From the NCBI GenBank assembly GCA_963734575.1, contig CAVTHT010000007.1:288549-352548 (forward strand): DNA of 64,000 nt, written 5' to 3'. Shown here one piece after another: positions 11,850 to 22,220 of this stretch. Position 1 is the first letter of the stretch, and the number at the start of each line of letters is the position of its first letter. Below the pieces are notes generated by a model, which was given only the letters and a program-made list of their open reading frames with translations, did not search any database and was not told the DNA's origin. A program made the position numbers and the translations under genes. The stretch is from an uncultured beta proteobacterium. Lineage in GTDB: Bacteria > Pseudomonadota > Gammaproteobacteria > Burkholderiales > Casimicrobiaceae.

Positions 11850-12930
11850 GCGTGTCAGAACGTGTAGCCCGACGCGCTGCGCGATGCCTTCGAGCTCGTC
11901 GAGCAGAGCGCAGCAGTGGCGTGAGCGCGGCGTAGCGCGCGCAGGCGCCGCGCAGGTACGCCATGACGCGCGGCATGTCGGCGAGGTAGCCGGCCTTGCC
12001 GTCGCGATGGTACAGCCGCGCGAAGATGCCGAGCACCTTGAGCTGCCGCTGCACGCCCATCCATTCGAAGTCGCGCCAAACGTACGCTGAAGTCGCGGTC
12101 GACCGGCAGGCCCGCCGCGCGCGCGCGCTCCCAGTAGCGCACCGCGCAGTCGATCTGCTCGTCCTCGTCCCACGCGATGTACGCATCGCGCAGCAGCGAG
12201 ACGAGATCGTAGGTGATCGGCCCGATGACCGCATCCTGGAAATCGAGCACGCCGGGATTGGGCGTGCACACCATCAGGTTGCGCGAGTGGTAGTCGCGAT
12301 GCACGTACACGCGCGGCTGGGCGAGGTTGTTGTCGAGGACGAGACGGAAGGCGTGCTCCAGCACGTCGCGCTCGCTTCGCGTCGAGCGTTGCCCCGACGT
12401 GACGGCGCGACGTACCAGTCGGGGAAGAGGTCGAGCTCGCGCCGCAGCAGCGCCTCGTCGTAGGCGGGCAGCTCGCCTTCGCGCGTGGCGAGCTGCCAGC
12501 GCACCAGCGCGTCGATGGCGTCGAGGTAGAGGTCACGCGCGGACTCGCGATCGAGCGCGGCGAGGTAGGTCCGCGACCCGAGATCGGTGAGCAGCAGGAA
12601 GCCGCGCGTCGACGTCGGACGCGAGCACCTCCGGCGCGTGCACCTGCGCCTCGCGCAGGAGCGTCGCGACGTGCACGAACGGGCGGCAGTCTTCCATCGG
12701 CGGCGGCGCGTCCATCGCGACGAGCGTGCGATGTCCGCGCCACGGGGTGCGCGAGCGTCACGCGGAAATAACGGCGGAAGCTCGCATCGTCCGAGGCCGG
12801 CGCGAGAGTGAATTCGATGCTGCCGAGGACACCCGCAGCCCAGTGCGTCAGGGAGCCAAGACGCGGCGTCACGCGCGGCACGCGCGGCGTCGGCGGGCGA
12901 GGTCGAGAGAACGGGCGCGGCAGGATCCAT
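11850..12930 (-). CDS. amgK: anomeric MurNAc/GlcNAc kinase (aminoglycoside-phosphotransferase fold); several frame switches
   Basis: SIEFTLAPASDDASFRRYFRV; RVYVHRDYHSRNLMVCTPNPGVLDFQDAVIGPITYDLVSLLRDAYI; C-terminal QLKVLGIFARLYHRDGKAGYLADMP. Immediately followed by murU, as in Pseudomonas. Confidence 0.7.
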
Positions 12931-13086
12931 CGTCGGCGGGTGCAATGCGGCGCACCGGCGGCAGCCGTGCGGCGGGAAATGGTGGCGGTCGCTGCGTTCA
13001 CGTCACACCACATGGACGAGGTGCGTCGCTGGCCAAGTAGAATGCCCGGATTCTAGCTTGGCAGCAGCGCCGTTGCATCCGCAGCA

Positions 13087-15442
13087 ATGAAGCATTCCCT
13101 CTGCTCACTCCTCGTCCTCGCCGCTGCCGGCACCATCGCGACGCGTGCAATCGCGGCGGAGGGCAACGCATCTGCCGACGCTACTCCCGCGCCGCGACTG
13201 AAGCTCGCGCCGGACCTCACGCCGCCGGCGCGCGTGCAGATGCGCGTGCCGGGTACGCGGCCGCGCGCCCGCGACGTGGCGCACGGCCCAGCCGAGCAGG
13301 GCGCGCTGTTCCTGCGCGCCGACCGGCTCGAAGGCGACGGCCGCCGACCACGTCGACGCCGAGGGGCACGTCGAGTTGCGCGCGCGCAGCGAGACGGTGC
13401 TCGCCGACTGGCTGCGCTACGACTTCACGGCGGACGAGGTCTGGGGCAAGGGCGACGTCGTGCTCCGTCGCGGGATCGACTGGATCACCGGCCCCGAAGC
13501 GAAATACCGGCCGGAGACGCAGACGGGGTTCTTCGCCACCCCGCGCTACTTACCTGGGCGAGATCGGCGGACGCGGCACCGCGAGCGAGATTCGCTTCAC
13601 CGGACCCGATCAGTTCGAGGCAACCGAGGCGCGCTTCACGACGTGCGTCGCGCCGCGCGAGGACTGGTACGTGCGCATGGGCGAGCTCGAGGTGGACCAG
13701 GCGCGCAAGATCGGCACGGCGCACCACGCGCCGTCGTTTTCCTCGGCGCGCCGATCGCCTACACGCCCTGGATGTCGTTCCCGCTCTCGGACGAGCGCAA
13801 GTCGGGCTTTCTCGCGCCGATCCTCGGCTCGACCGGCACGCGCGGCTTCGAGCTCGCGACGCCGTATTACTTCAATCTCGCTCCCAACTACGACGCGACG
13901 GTGACGCCGCGGCTCATGACCAAGCGCGGCGTGCAGCTCGGCGCGCAGTTCCGGTATCTCTTGCGAGCCGTCCGCGGCGGCGAGATGAACGTCGAGGACC
14001 TGCCGAACGATCGCGTGACGGGGACGAACCGCTACGCGCTCGTCGTGGAAGCACAACCAGAACCTCGATTCGTGGGTGAGGGCCTCGCCGCGTACTGGGA
14101 CCTCGAACAAGGTCTCCGACGACACGTATTTCTGCGGATCTCGCGGACCGCATCGCGATCACGTCGGCAGACGACGCTGCCGCGCGAGGGCGGCTTCGCC
14201 TATACGCGCGGGCCGTGGCGCTTCCTCGCGCGCGAGCAGGCGTTCCAGACGCTGCAGGATCCGAACGCTCCGCCCGTGGGAACGCCGTACAACCGCATGC
14301 CGCAGCTGGTGGCCGCGATGCGCGAGATCGACTGGCGCGGTCTCACGTTCGCCGGCACCGGCGAGTACGTGCGCTTCCGCATCCCACGCTGCCGACCGGC
14401 CAGCGCGTGTACGCGTATCCGACCGCGGCGTGGGCTCGCCAGGGCGCCGCGTGGTTCGTGACCGCCCGCGCCGGCGTGCACGCGCGTCACTACGATCTCG
14501 ACCAGCCCGGTCGATGGCCGACCACCGCCGACTATCGCAATCCCGATCACCTCGCTCGACTCCGGCCTCGTCTTCGAGCGCGACTGGCATGTCGTTCGGC
14601 CAGCAACGTGGTGCAGACGCTCGAGCCGCGCGCGTTCTACGTCTACATCCCGTATCGCGACCAGAGCCGCGATCCCCGCGTTCGACACGGCGATCGACGA
14701 TTACAACTTCGGCCAGCTCTTCAGCGAGAACCGCTATCTCGGCAACGACCGCATCGGCGACGCCAACCAGCTCACGGTCGCGCTCACCTCGCGCCTCATC
14801 GATCCGCCGACGGGGGCCGAGCGCCTGCGCGTGGCGCTGGGCGAACGCTTCTACTTCGAGAACCAGCGGGTCACGCTGAACGAGCCCGCGCGCTCCGCAT
14901 CGCGCTCCGACGTGCTGCTCCTCGCCGAAGGACGGCTGAACGAGGCCTGGTCGATGGCGGGCCTGATGCAGTACAACTTCGCCGCGTCGCGCTCGGAACG
15001 CTTCGACCTGGGCGCGCGTTACACGCCGGCGGCGGGCAGGATACTGAGCGCCAGCTACCGCTACACGCGCCAGTTCGTCGATCCTTCGGGACTCAATCTG
15101 GAGCTTCGCCAGTTCGACGTCGCGGCGCAGTGGCCCATCACCGCCAACTGGACGTTTCTCGGGCGGTGGAACTACTCGCTGGTCGATCGCAAGACCCTGG
15201 AGGGGGTGGTCGGGGTCGAGTACAATGCCGATTGCTGGGTCGTGCGCGTCGTCGCGCAGCGCCTGACGACGACCACCCAGACGACCACGACATCGGTGTA
15301 CCTGCAGCTCGAGCTCACCGGGCTCGCGCGGTTCGGCACCAATCCCCTGGAACTGCTGCGTCGCACGGTCCCGGGGTACCTGAAAACGAACGATCCCGCC
15401 GTCTCGCCCCGCGAGCGCGGCAACCTCTTTCCCGAATTCTGA
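13087..15442 (+). CDS. lptD: LPS-assembly outer membrane protein LptD (OstA/Imp); several frame switches
   Basis: Signal peptide MKHSLCSLLVLAAAGT. LSDERKSGFLAPILGSTGTRGFELATPYYFNLAPNYDATVTPRLMTKRGVQLGAQFRYL. C-terminus NYSLVDRKTLEGVVGVEYNADCWVVRVVAQR. Confidence 0.9.
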
Positions 15443-15452
15443 GGTTCATGCA

Positions 15453-16835
15453 ATGGCAGCGTCTTCCTTCGCCCCGCGGGGCGTGCATGCATGCGCGCTC
15501 CTGCTCGCCGCGCTCCTCCTTGCCGGACAGTGCGCTGCGCAGGGTCCGGCCCGCGCCGCGACTCCCGCAGCATCCCAACCGACCGCCCCGGCGCCACGGG
15601 CCTCGCGCGCCGTGCCGCTCGACCGGGTGGTCGCTATCGTCAACGACGAGGCCGTGACGCAGCACGAGCTCGACGAGCAGAAGAACGCGGCACTGGAGCA
15701 GATGCGCGCGCAGAAGGTCGCGCCGCCCGCTCCCGACGTGCTCGAGAAGCAGGTGCTCGACCGGCTGATCACCGAGCGCGCGCTGATGCAGTACGCCAAG
15801 ATGTCCGGCCTCAAGGTCGACGACGTGCAGATCGAGCGCACGATCGAGCGCATCGCGCAGGAGAACAAGCTGACGCCCGATCAGCTGCGCCAGGCCGTGA
15901 TCAAGGAAGGGATCCCGTTCGACCAGTATCGCGACGGCCTGCGCAAGGAGATCCTCGTGCAGCGCATGCGCGAGCGCGAGGTGGATGCGCGCATCCAGGT
16001 CACCGATGCCGAGGTCGACGGCCTGCTCGCGACGATGGCTGCGCAGACCGGTGGCGACACCGAATACCGCCTGGCGCACATCCTCGTGCTCGCGCCCGAC
16101 CAAGGCACGCCGGAGCAGATCGAGGCGAAGCGCCGCCGGGCCGAGGAAGCGTTGCAGCAGATCAGGTCCGGCGCGGATTTCGCGCAGGTCGCGGCGGGCT
16201 TCTCCGATGCTCCCGATGCGCTGCAGGGTGGCGCGCTGGGCTGGCGCGCGCCGGCGCGACTGCCGTCGGTGTTCGCCGAGCCCGTGCGCACGATGAAGCC
16301 CGGCGACGTGTCCGGCGTGCTCCGTTCGGCAAGCGGCTTCCATATCGTCAAGCTGCTCGAGACGCGCAACGTGAACGCGCCGACCGTCGTCGAGCAGACC
16401 CACGCTCGTCATATCCTCATCAAGGTCAACGAGGCCACGTCCGAAGCCGAGGCGAAGGCTCGCATCGAGCGCATTCGCGACCGCATCGACGGCGGCAACG
16501 CGAAGTTCGAGGACCAGGCGCGGCTCAATTCGGAGGACGCATCGGCGGTCAAGGGCGGCGACCTCGGCTGGATCTCGCCCGGCGACACGGTGCCGGATTT
16601 CGAGAACGCGATGAAGACGCTGCAACCGGGCGAGCTCTCGGCGCCGGTGCGCACGCCGTTCGGCTGGCACCTGATCCAGGTGGTCGAGCGGCGTACGCAG
16701 GACATCACCGCGGAACGCAAGCGCGATCAGGCGCGCCTCGCGCTCCGTCAGCGCAAGTCGGACGAGGCGTTCCAGGACTGGGTCCGGCAGACGCGCGATC
16801 GCGCCTACGTCGAGATCAAGGCCGAGGAGCGGTAG
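15453..16835 (+). CDS. surA: periplasmic chaperone / peptidyl-prolyl isomerase SurA
   Basis: Intact ORF with signal peptide, SurA N-domain (VPLDRVVAIVNDEAVTQHELDEQ) and two parvulin domains. It is 10 bp downstream of lptD. Confidence 0.9.
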   Translation: MAASSFAPRGVHACALLLAALLLAGQCAAQGPARAATPAASQPTAPAPRASRAVPLDRVVAIVNDEAVTQHELDEQKNAALEQMRAQKVAPPAPDVLEKQVLDRLITERALMQYAKMSGLKVDDVQIERTIERIAQENKLTPDQLRQAVIKEGIPFDQYRDGLRKEILVQRMREREVDARIQVTDAEVDGLLATMAAQTGGDTEYRLAHILVLAPDQGTPEQIEAKRRRAEEALQQIRSGADFAQVAAGFSDAPDALQGGALGWRAPARLPSVFAEPVRTMKPGDVSGVLRSASGFHIVKLLETRNVNAPTVVEQTHARHILIKVNEATSEAEAKARIERIRDRIDGGNAKFEDQARLNSEDASAVKGGDLGWISPGDTVPDFENAMKTLQPGELSAPVRTPFGWHLIQVVERRTQDITAERKRDQARLALRQRKSDEAFQDWVRQTRDRAYVEIKAEER

Positions 16836-19323
16836 CAAGTCTCTGCGCGACACCACGTGACGCGCGGTTGCGCAGAGGCTCGCTGACCGTCACGCGCGGC
16901 CACAGCGCGACGCGCAGCAGGCGCGGGCGCGTCCCGGAGGCGAATCGCAGCTCGATGCGCAGCTGATCGAAACGCGCGTGCGGGCCTGCAGGCAGCGCCA
17001 CGGCCACGCCTCCCGACGTCGTTTTCCAGCCGCGGTCCTGCGAAGCGATGGCACGCCAGGGCCGCTGCGCACTCTCGCGACCCGCGATGCGCACGCTGCG
17101 CAGGGCCTGCGCGTCCTCGAGGCCGAGCACGACCTCACCGAACGTTGCCGGATCGAAAACCAGCTCCGCCGGCGAGACCAGCGTCACGGCGTCGCCATCC
17201 GGTGCAAGCGCGAGTGCACCCGGCTGCGGAATCATGGTGCCCGTCATGGCGGTCCAGCCGTCGTTGTCGGCGAGCTGCGGCGTGCCGAACGTCCACAGGC
17301 GCGCACCGCGCGGCACGTTGGCGTGCGACAGCATGAAGTCGCGCGCCGCATCCTCGAACGGCGTGTTGCGCCACGCCGTGAACGTGACGTACCCCGGCTT
17401 GCCGGCGTTGACGCCGTTCGAGCCGTTCCACGCCATCGGCGAGACGAAGCGCCCGCCGAAGTTGAACACGTCGCGCAGGCTCCGGTAGCCCACCGCGTAG
17501 GAAGGCTGTTCCGCGGGATGGCGCAAATCGGCGGTGTTGATCTCGACGACCGCCCATCCCGGATCGAGCGCGCGAAACGTGGCGAAAAGCGACCCCGGCG
17601 CTTCCATGCGGATCGCGTTGACCGCCGACGGACCGTACAGGATCGCACCCAGGTGGCCACTGGCCGGGATCGCGCCTTCCACACTCATGCCGCCGGTGTC
17701 GTAGTTCTTCATCGGGCTCGCGATGTGCACCGCGAACGGCCGCGCGGTTTCGTGCGGCGCCATGAATCCCTGCGATGACCAGATGCGCTCCGGAGCAATG
17801 CCCGCCTGCGCGAGCCACGCGGAGAGCTCGTCGTAGTGCAGATCGACGATGTGCCGGCGAAACGTCTCCCACTCGCGCGTCCAAGGATCGTCCCAGAACG
17901 CGGGCCGGCCATCCTTCGACTCGCGCGGGAAGCTGCGCGGCGGATCCACGTCGTCCCAGCGCGCGAAGCGCTTGCCGGCGAGCCGGCTCGCCTCTGCCAG
18001 GGTCAACGGCTTGGCGCGACGATAGCGGCGCAGGTCCGGCACGCCGGCCCCGCCCTTCCCGGCATACGGCCCGGTGCCCGCGAGCCAGTCGCGGAATTGG
18101 CGCAGCGTGCCGGGGTTGTAGTCGTACCACTGCGTCTGGTCGAAGAACGGATTGAGGTAGGTGTCGGGATCGAGATTGACGCCCACGAAAAGGTCCGGGT
18201 GCTCGCGCGCGAACGCCGCGACGATCCTGCCCGCCGCCTGCAGATTGCGTCGCTTGTAGCGCCGCACGTCGCGCGCATAGACGTTGAACGTCAGCGTGCG
18301 TGCGAGCTCGGGCGCTTCCTGCGAGCCCGGCAGGTGGCGCAGGTAGTCGTCCGCCATGACGGCGTTCTTCTCGTTCCACTGGCAGTTCGCGACATCCTGC
18401 TCGAGATGATCGTTGAGATCCCAGTCCGGCACGTCGCACGAGGCATCGGCCCATACCCCGCCATTCAGCGTGAACAGCACCGGAATGCGATGCCGTACGG
18501 CGTACGCGATGGTATTGCCGAGCGAATCCTCGGCAATGCGCCGCGCCCCGCAGCGCCGCTCGATGTCCCAATCGGGATCGAATACGAAGTCGGCGGCGGC
18601 GCCGCGCGTGGTGCGCAGGTACAGGATCGGCACGCGCATCCCGGTGCGTACCGTCGGCGACGCGTAGCTCGCGTACCACGTGTCGAGCTCTGCCGCGCCG
18701 CCCAGGCCGATCGCCGACAGCGCGGGCAGCACGTGGAATGGTGTCGCGGCGGCAGGACGCGGGAACTCCGCGAAGCGATGCAGCGCGGCGGGCTCGATCA
18801 CGTTCCTCGTCGCGAGCACGCTTTCGCGGCCGTCGCGTGCGATCGCCACGATCTCGACGCGGCGCCGATCGACCGGAGGCACCGCATCGGGCAGGGTCGC
18901 GGTGATTGCGAATCCCGGCGCGCCACTGTCGGGATAACCCGCCGGCGCGTCGGCGCCCTCGGGTTTCGGAAGCCCGTAGCGTGCGGCGAACGTTTGGCCA
19001 TCGATGCGCACCTCGACGCCGCGGATGCCGGCGGTGTCGAGCGCCCATCCCGCGAGCGTGACGGTCGGGCCGATGAGCGCGTCGCCAGGCGGAGCGGTCA
19101 CGCTGCCGATCGGATCGGAGGATTGCGCCGCGGGTTGTGTCGTGGGCTGGGTTGCGGAGACGGGCGCGCGGTCTGCGCGTCCGCGCGTGGCGAGCGCGTA
19201 CAGCTCGATGCCGCTGATCGCCGCGACGATGGCCAGTACGCCGAGGAAGAGCGGCCACGTGCGGCCCGCGGCGGGCATGGAGGGCGTCGGCGCAACGTGT
19301 GCGCGTGTTGGGCGGACGCGCAC
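16816..19323 (-). CDS. large membrane-anchored protein of unrecognised family (paralog B of a tandem pair)
   Basis: Intact 835-aa ORF with GC3-rich codon usage. N-terminal TM helix, Pro/Thr/Ala linker, an Ig-like domain (TLAGWALDTAGIRGVEVRIDG), then a large conserved domain. About 50% identical to 19366..21849. Confidence 0.7.
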   Translation of the reverse strand: MRVRPTRAHVAPTPSMPAAGRTWPLFLGVLAIVAAISGIELYALATRGRADRAPVSATQPTTQPAAQSSDPIGSVTAPPGDALIGPTVTLAGWALDTAGIRGVEVRIDGQTFAARYGLPKPEGADAPAGYPDSGAPGFAITATLPDAVPPVDRRRVEIVAIARDGRESVLATRNVIEPAALHRFAEFPRPAAATPFHVLPALSAIGLGGAAELDTWYASYASPTVRTGMRVPILYLRTTRGAAADFVFDPDWDIERRCGARRIAEDSLGNTIAYAVRHRIPVLFTLNGGVWADASCDVPDWDLNDHLEQDVANCQWNEKNAVMADDYLRHLPGSQEAPELARTLTFNVYARDVRRYKRRNLQAAGRIVAAFAREHPDLFVGVNLDPDTYLNPFFDQTQWYDYNPGTLRQFRDWLAGTGPYAGKGGAGVPDLRRYRRAKPLTLAEASRLAGKRFARWDDVDPPRSFPRESKDGRPAFWDDPWTREWETFRRHIVDLHYDELSAWLAQAGIAPERIWSSQGFMAPHETARPFAVHIASPMKNYDTGGMSVEGAIPASGHLGAILYGPSAVNAIRMEAPGSLFATFRALDPGWAVVEINTADLRHPAEQPSYAVGYRSLRDVFNFGGRFVSPMAWNGSNGVNAGKPGYVTFTAWRNTPFEDAARDFMLSHANVPRGARLWTFGTPQLADNDGWTAMTGTMIPQPGALALAPDGDAVTLVSPAELVFDPATFGEVVLGLEDAQALRSVRIAGRESAQRPWRAIASQDRGWKTTSGGVAVALPAGPHARFDQLRIELRFASGTRPRLLRVALWPRVTVSEPLRNRASRGVAQRLATAPRP

Positions 19324-19365
19324 GCGGAAAATGGCGGGGGCCTGGAGGTTGTGAAGGTGCGCGGC

Positions 19366-21849
19366 TCAGCGCGCGGCGATGCTGCCTGTGCCGCTCGCGC
19401 GCTGCTGTCGCGACGTTGCGGCGCGCGCCGGTGCGGGATAGACGATGGCGATTCTATCAATCCGTGCATCGGCCGTCGCGGCCGCCACGGTCACCACAAT
19501 GCCGAGCTCCTGCACGATCGCACGTTGCGCCTGCCATCGCGCCGGCCACGTCACCGGCACGTTCCAGCCCGCCGCGGAGCGCGCGAGCTTGCCCGCGGAT
19601 ACGACGCCGCTGACGTCGACCCAGGACGATTCAGGCGACGTCCGCGCCAGCACCTGCACCGACGCGACTTCCGCCGGCGCGGCCAATCCGAGCACGAGAT
19701 GCGCGCTGCGGTCCGTGCGGATCACCTGGTCGGGCGGGGAGCGCAACACCAACCGGTTGCCGGGACAATGCGCGTCCACGTGACCGCCGCTCGCTGCCAG
19801 CGGGCCGCAGTCGAGGCTCCAGCCGTCGTCGTCGGCATGTCCGGGCGCGCCGAAGGTCCACAGCCGCGACCCGAGCGGCAGGTCGGCATGCGCCACCAGG
19901 AAATCACGCATGGCGGCTTCACCCGCCGTGTTGCGCCAGGACGTGTACGGCACGTAGCCGGGCTGCCCGGCGAAGAGACCGTTGGCGCCGTTCCACGCCA
20001 TCAGCGACACCTGACGTGCATCGAAGTTGAAGAGATCGCGGAACGCGCGGTATGAAACCGCATAGCCGGGCATTTCCGTCGGCTTCTTGAGGTCGGTCGG
20101 GTTCATCTCCACCACCGCCCAGCCGGGGTCCATGCGCGCGATCGTGGCGAAGAGGCTGTGGCCATTGGCGAGCGGATTGTCGTTGGCGGCCGCGGGTCCG
20201 TACAGGATGGCGCCGAGATGGCCGGCGCTGGGGATCGCGCCCTCGATCGATACGCCTGCCGAATCGTAGTTCGGGCTGTCGCCGCGGATGCGTATGGCGA
20301 TCGGCTTCAATCCCGGATCCGGTGTCATGAATCCCTGCGCGGAGAAGATCTTCGCTTCGGGAATGCCCGTCGCGTGCACCCATTCGGAGAGCTCGCTGTA
20401 GTGGAGCGCGACCACGTGCTTGCGAAACGCATCCCACTCGAGGAACCATGGCTCTTCCCAGAAGGGCGTCTCGCCCGACGGCACGCTGCGCGGATCTTCC
20501 GGCAGGCGGCGCGGCGGATCGACTTCGCTCCAGCGCGACCAGTTGCGGCGCGCCATGCGGTTCACCTGCGCGAGCGTCAGCGACGGCGTGCGGCGGTAGC
20601 GCGACAGGTCCGGCACGCCGGGTTGCGGCTTGCCGCCGTACGCGCCGGTGCCCGAGAGCCACTCGCGGAACTGCCGCAGCATGCCCGGGTTGTAGTCGAA
20701 CCAGTGACCGCGGCGTACGAACGGGTTCATGTACGTGTCGGCGTCGAGATTCACGCCGACGAAGAGGTCGGGATGCTCGCGGGCGAACGCGGCGATGATG
20801 GCGGCAGCGGCCTGCAGGTTGCGGCGCTTGTATGCACGCACCTGCGTCGCGTACACGTGATAGGTGAGGCTGCGGCCGAGCTCGGGCGATTCCGTGGAGC
20901 CGGGCAGGTGCTTCAGGAAATCGTCGGCGAGCACCTGGTTGTCCTGGTTCCACTGGCAGTTCGCAGGATCGCGCTCCAGCGCGTCGTTCACGTCCCATTC
21001 CGGCGTGTCGCACGTCGCATCGCCCCAGATCCCGCCGTTCAGGTTGAACTGCACGGGAACGCGCTTCTCGACCGCCCAGGTAATTACGTTGCGCAGGTTG
21101 TCCTCGGCGACGGGCCGGTCGCGGCACTTGTGGCCGAGATCGAACGTGGGATCGAACGCCCAGTCGTTGGCGGCGCCCTTCGTCGTGCGCAGATAAAGGA
21201 TCGGCACCGAGATGCCGACGCGCTGCGTGCCGGAGACGTAGGCGCGATACTCGGTGTCCGTCTCGGCAGCGCCACCCGCGGCGACACCCGACGTCATCAT
21301 CAGGAACGCGAACGAATCATCGTTGCTTGCGCGTGACGGGGTCTGCGCGCGCCATAGCGACAATGCCTCGGGCGCGATCGCGCTGCGCATGCCGAGTGTC
21401 GTGGCCACACCCGCGCGATTGATCGCCACCACTTCGACCGGCTGGCGCTGCAGCACCGAAGTGTCGAGCGGTTCGGCGAACTCGAAGCCGGCGGCACTCG
21501 AATCGGGATAGCCCGGCCTTGCCTGCGCAACGTCGGGCCGCGGGATGCCGTAGCGGGCACGCTGCGCTTTGCCGCCGATGCGCACCTCGACGCGATCGAT
21601 GCCGCTCCGATCGAGCGCCCAGCCGGTGATGTGCACTTCGGTGCCGACGATCGTCTCGCCGGTCGGTGCGTCGATCCATCCGACGGGTGCAGTCGCGACC
21701 GCGGGCGCAGCGGACGCCGCGGGCGCGGGTGTCGGAGCCGGCGGCGTGGTGACGACCCCGAGACGGAACCAGAGGCCCGCGCTCAGCAGGATGGCGACGA
21801 GCGCCGCCAGAGCGACGCGCACGCGACGGTCGCGCCAGGAAAGGATCAC
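19366..21849 (-). CDS. large membrane-anchored protein of unrecognised family (paralog A of a tandem pair)
   Basis: Intact 827-aa ORF with the same architecture as paralog B (HITGWALDRSGIDRVEVRIGG ... ILYLRTTKGAANDWAFDP ... AREHPDLFVGVNLDADTYMNPF ... ILYGPAAAN). Confidence 0.7.
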   Translation of the reverse strand: MILSWRDRRVRVALAALVAILLSAGLWFRLGVVTTPPAPTPAPAASAAPAVATAPVGWIDAPTGETIVGTEVHITGWALDRSGIDRVEVRIGGKAQRARYGIPRPDVAQARPGYPDSSAAGFEFAEPLDTSVLQRQPVEVVAINRAGVATTLGMRSAIAPEALSLWRAQTPSRASNDDSFAFLMMTSGVAAGGAAETDTEYRAYVSGTQRVGISVPILYLRTTKGAANDWAFDPTFDLGHKCRDRPVAEDNLRNVITWAVEKRVPVQFNLNGGIWGDATCDTPEWDVNDALERDPANCQWNQDNQVLADDFLKHLPGSTESPELGRSLTYHVYATQVRAYKRRNLQAAAAIIAAFAREHPDLFVGVNLDADTYMNPFVRRGHWFDYNPGMLRQFREWLSGTGAYGGKPQPGVPDLSRYRRTPSLTLAQVNRMARRNWSRWSEVDPPRRLPEDPRSVPSGETPFWEEPWFLEWDAFRKHVVALHYSELSEWVHATGIPEAKIFSAQGFMTPDPGLKPIAIRIRGDSPNYDSAGVSIEGAIPSAGHLGAILYGPAAANDNPLANGHSLFATIARMDPGWAVVEMNPTDLKKPTEMPGYAVSYRAFRDLFNFDARQVSLMAWNGANGLFAGQPGYVPYTSWRNTAGEAAMRDFLVAHADLPLGSRLWTFGAPGHADDDGWSLDCGPLAASGGHVDAHCPGNRLVLRSPPDQVIRTDRSAHLVLGLAAPAEVASVQVLARTSPESSWVDVSGVVSAGKLARSAAGWNVPVTWPARWQAQRAIVQELGIVVTVAAATADARIDRIAIVYPAPARAATSRQQRASGTGSIAAR

Positions 21850-21975
21850 AGCAAACGATGTTGCGGGAGACGGAGCGTGGCGCTACGCGGCATGGAAGCG
21901 CGCTCGCCGCGCACGGTGCGGAGCAGTCGACCCTCGGAGTGCGCGAACCCGTCGTGCCGCACTCCGATGCGGCTA

Positions 21976-22182
21976 CTCGACCTCGTTCTGGTAGACGTAC
22001 GCCTGCTGCTGAACGCGGCCCTGGTCCATGCGCCGGCGTTCCGCCAGATCCTGCGGCGGCTTGTCCCACCAGATCGCGCGGCCGTTCTGCTGCTCGCGAT
22101 CGAGCTCGGGCCTGTCGGCCTTCAGCTCGCGGATGAACTTCGTGAAGTCGGATTCGTAGTGTCGGGAAGGCAACATCATGAT
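21976..22182 (-). CDS. small conserved DUF3460-like protein
   Basis: C-terminal 69 aa of reverse ORF 21973..23331: MMLPSRHYESDFTKFIRELKADRPELDREQQNGRAIWWDKPPQDLAERRRMDQG. It lies just downstream of the methyltransferase on the same strand. Confidence 0.45.
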
Positions 22183-22220
22183 CGTGCTCCGGCGGGTCTC
22201 GCCGTCGAAGCGCGATCTTA

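Noticed and set aside
16843-16880. Hairpin (ctctgcgc...gcgcagag) just after the surA stop, as a terminator
   Set aside because: It lies inside the 3' coding end of the convergent paralog B ORF and has no T-run. It is more likely coding sequence with incidental symmetry.
17135-19258. 707-aa reverse ORF and 739-aa forward ORF (17836..20055) overlapping the paralog genes
   Set aside because: Arg/Ala/Pro/Gly-dominated composition with no motif content. These are shadow ORFs of the GC3-rich real frame.
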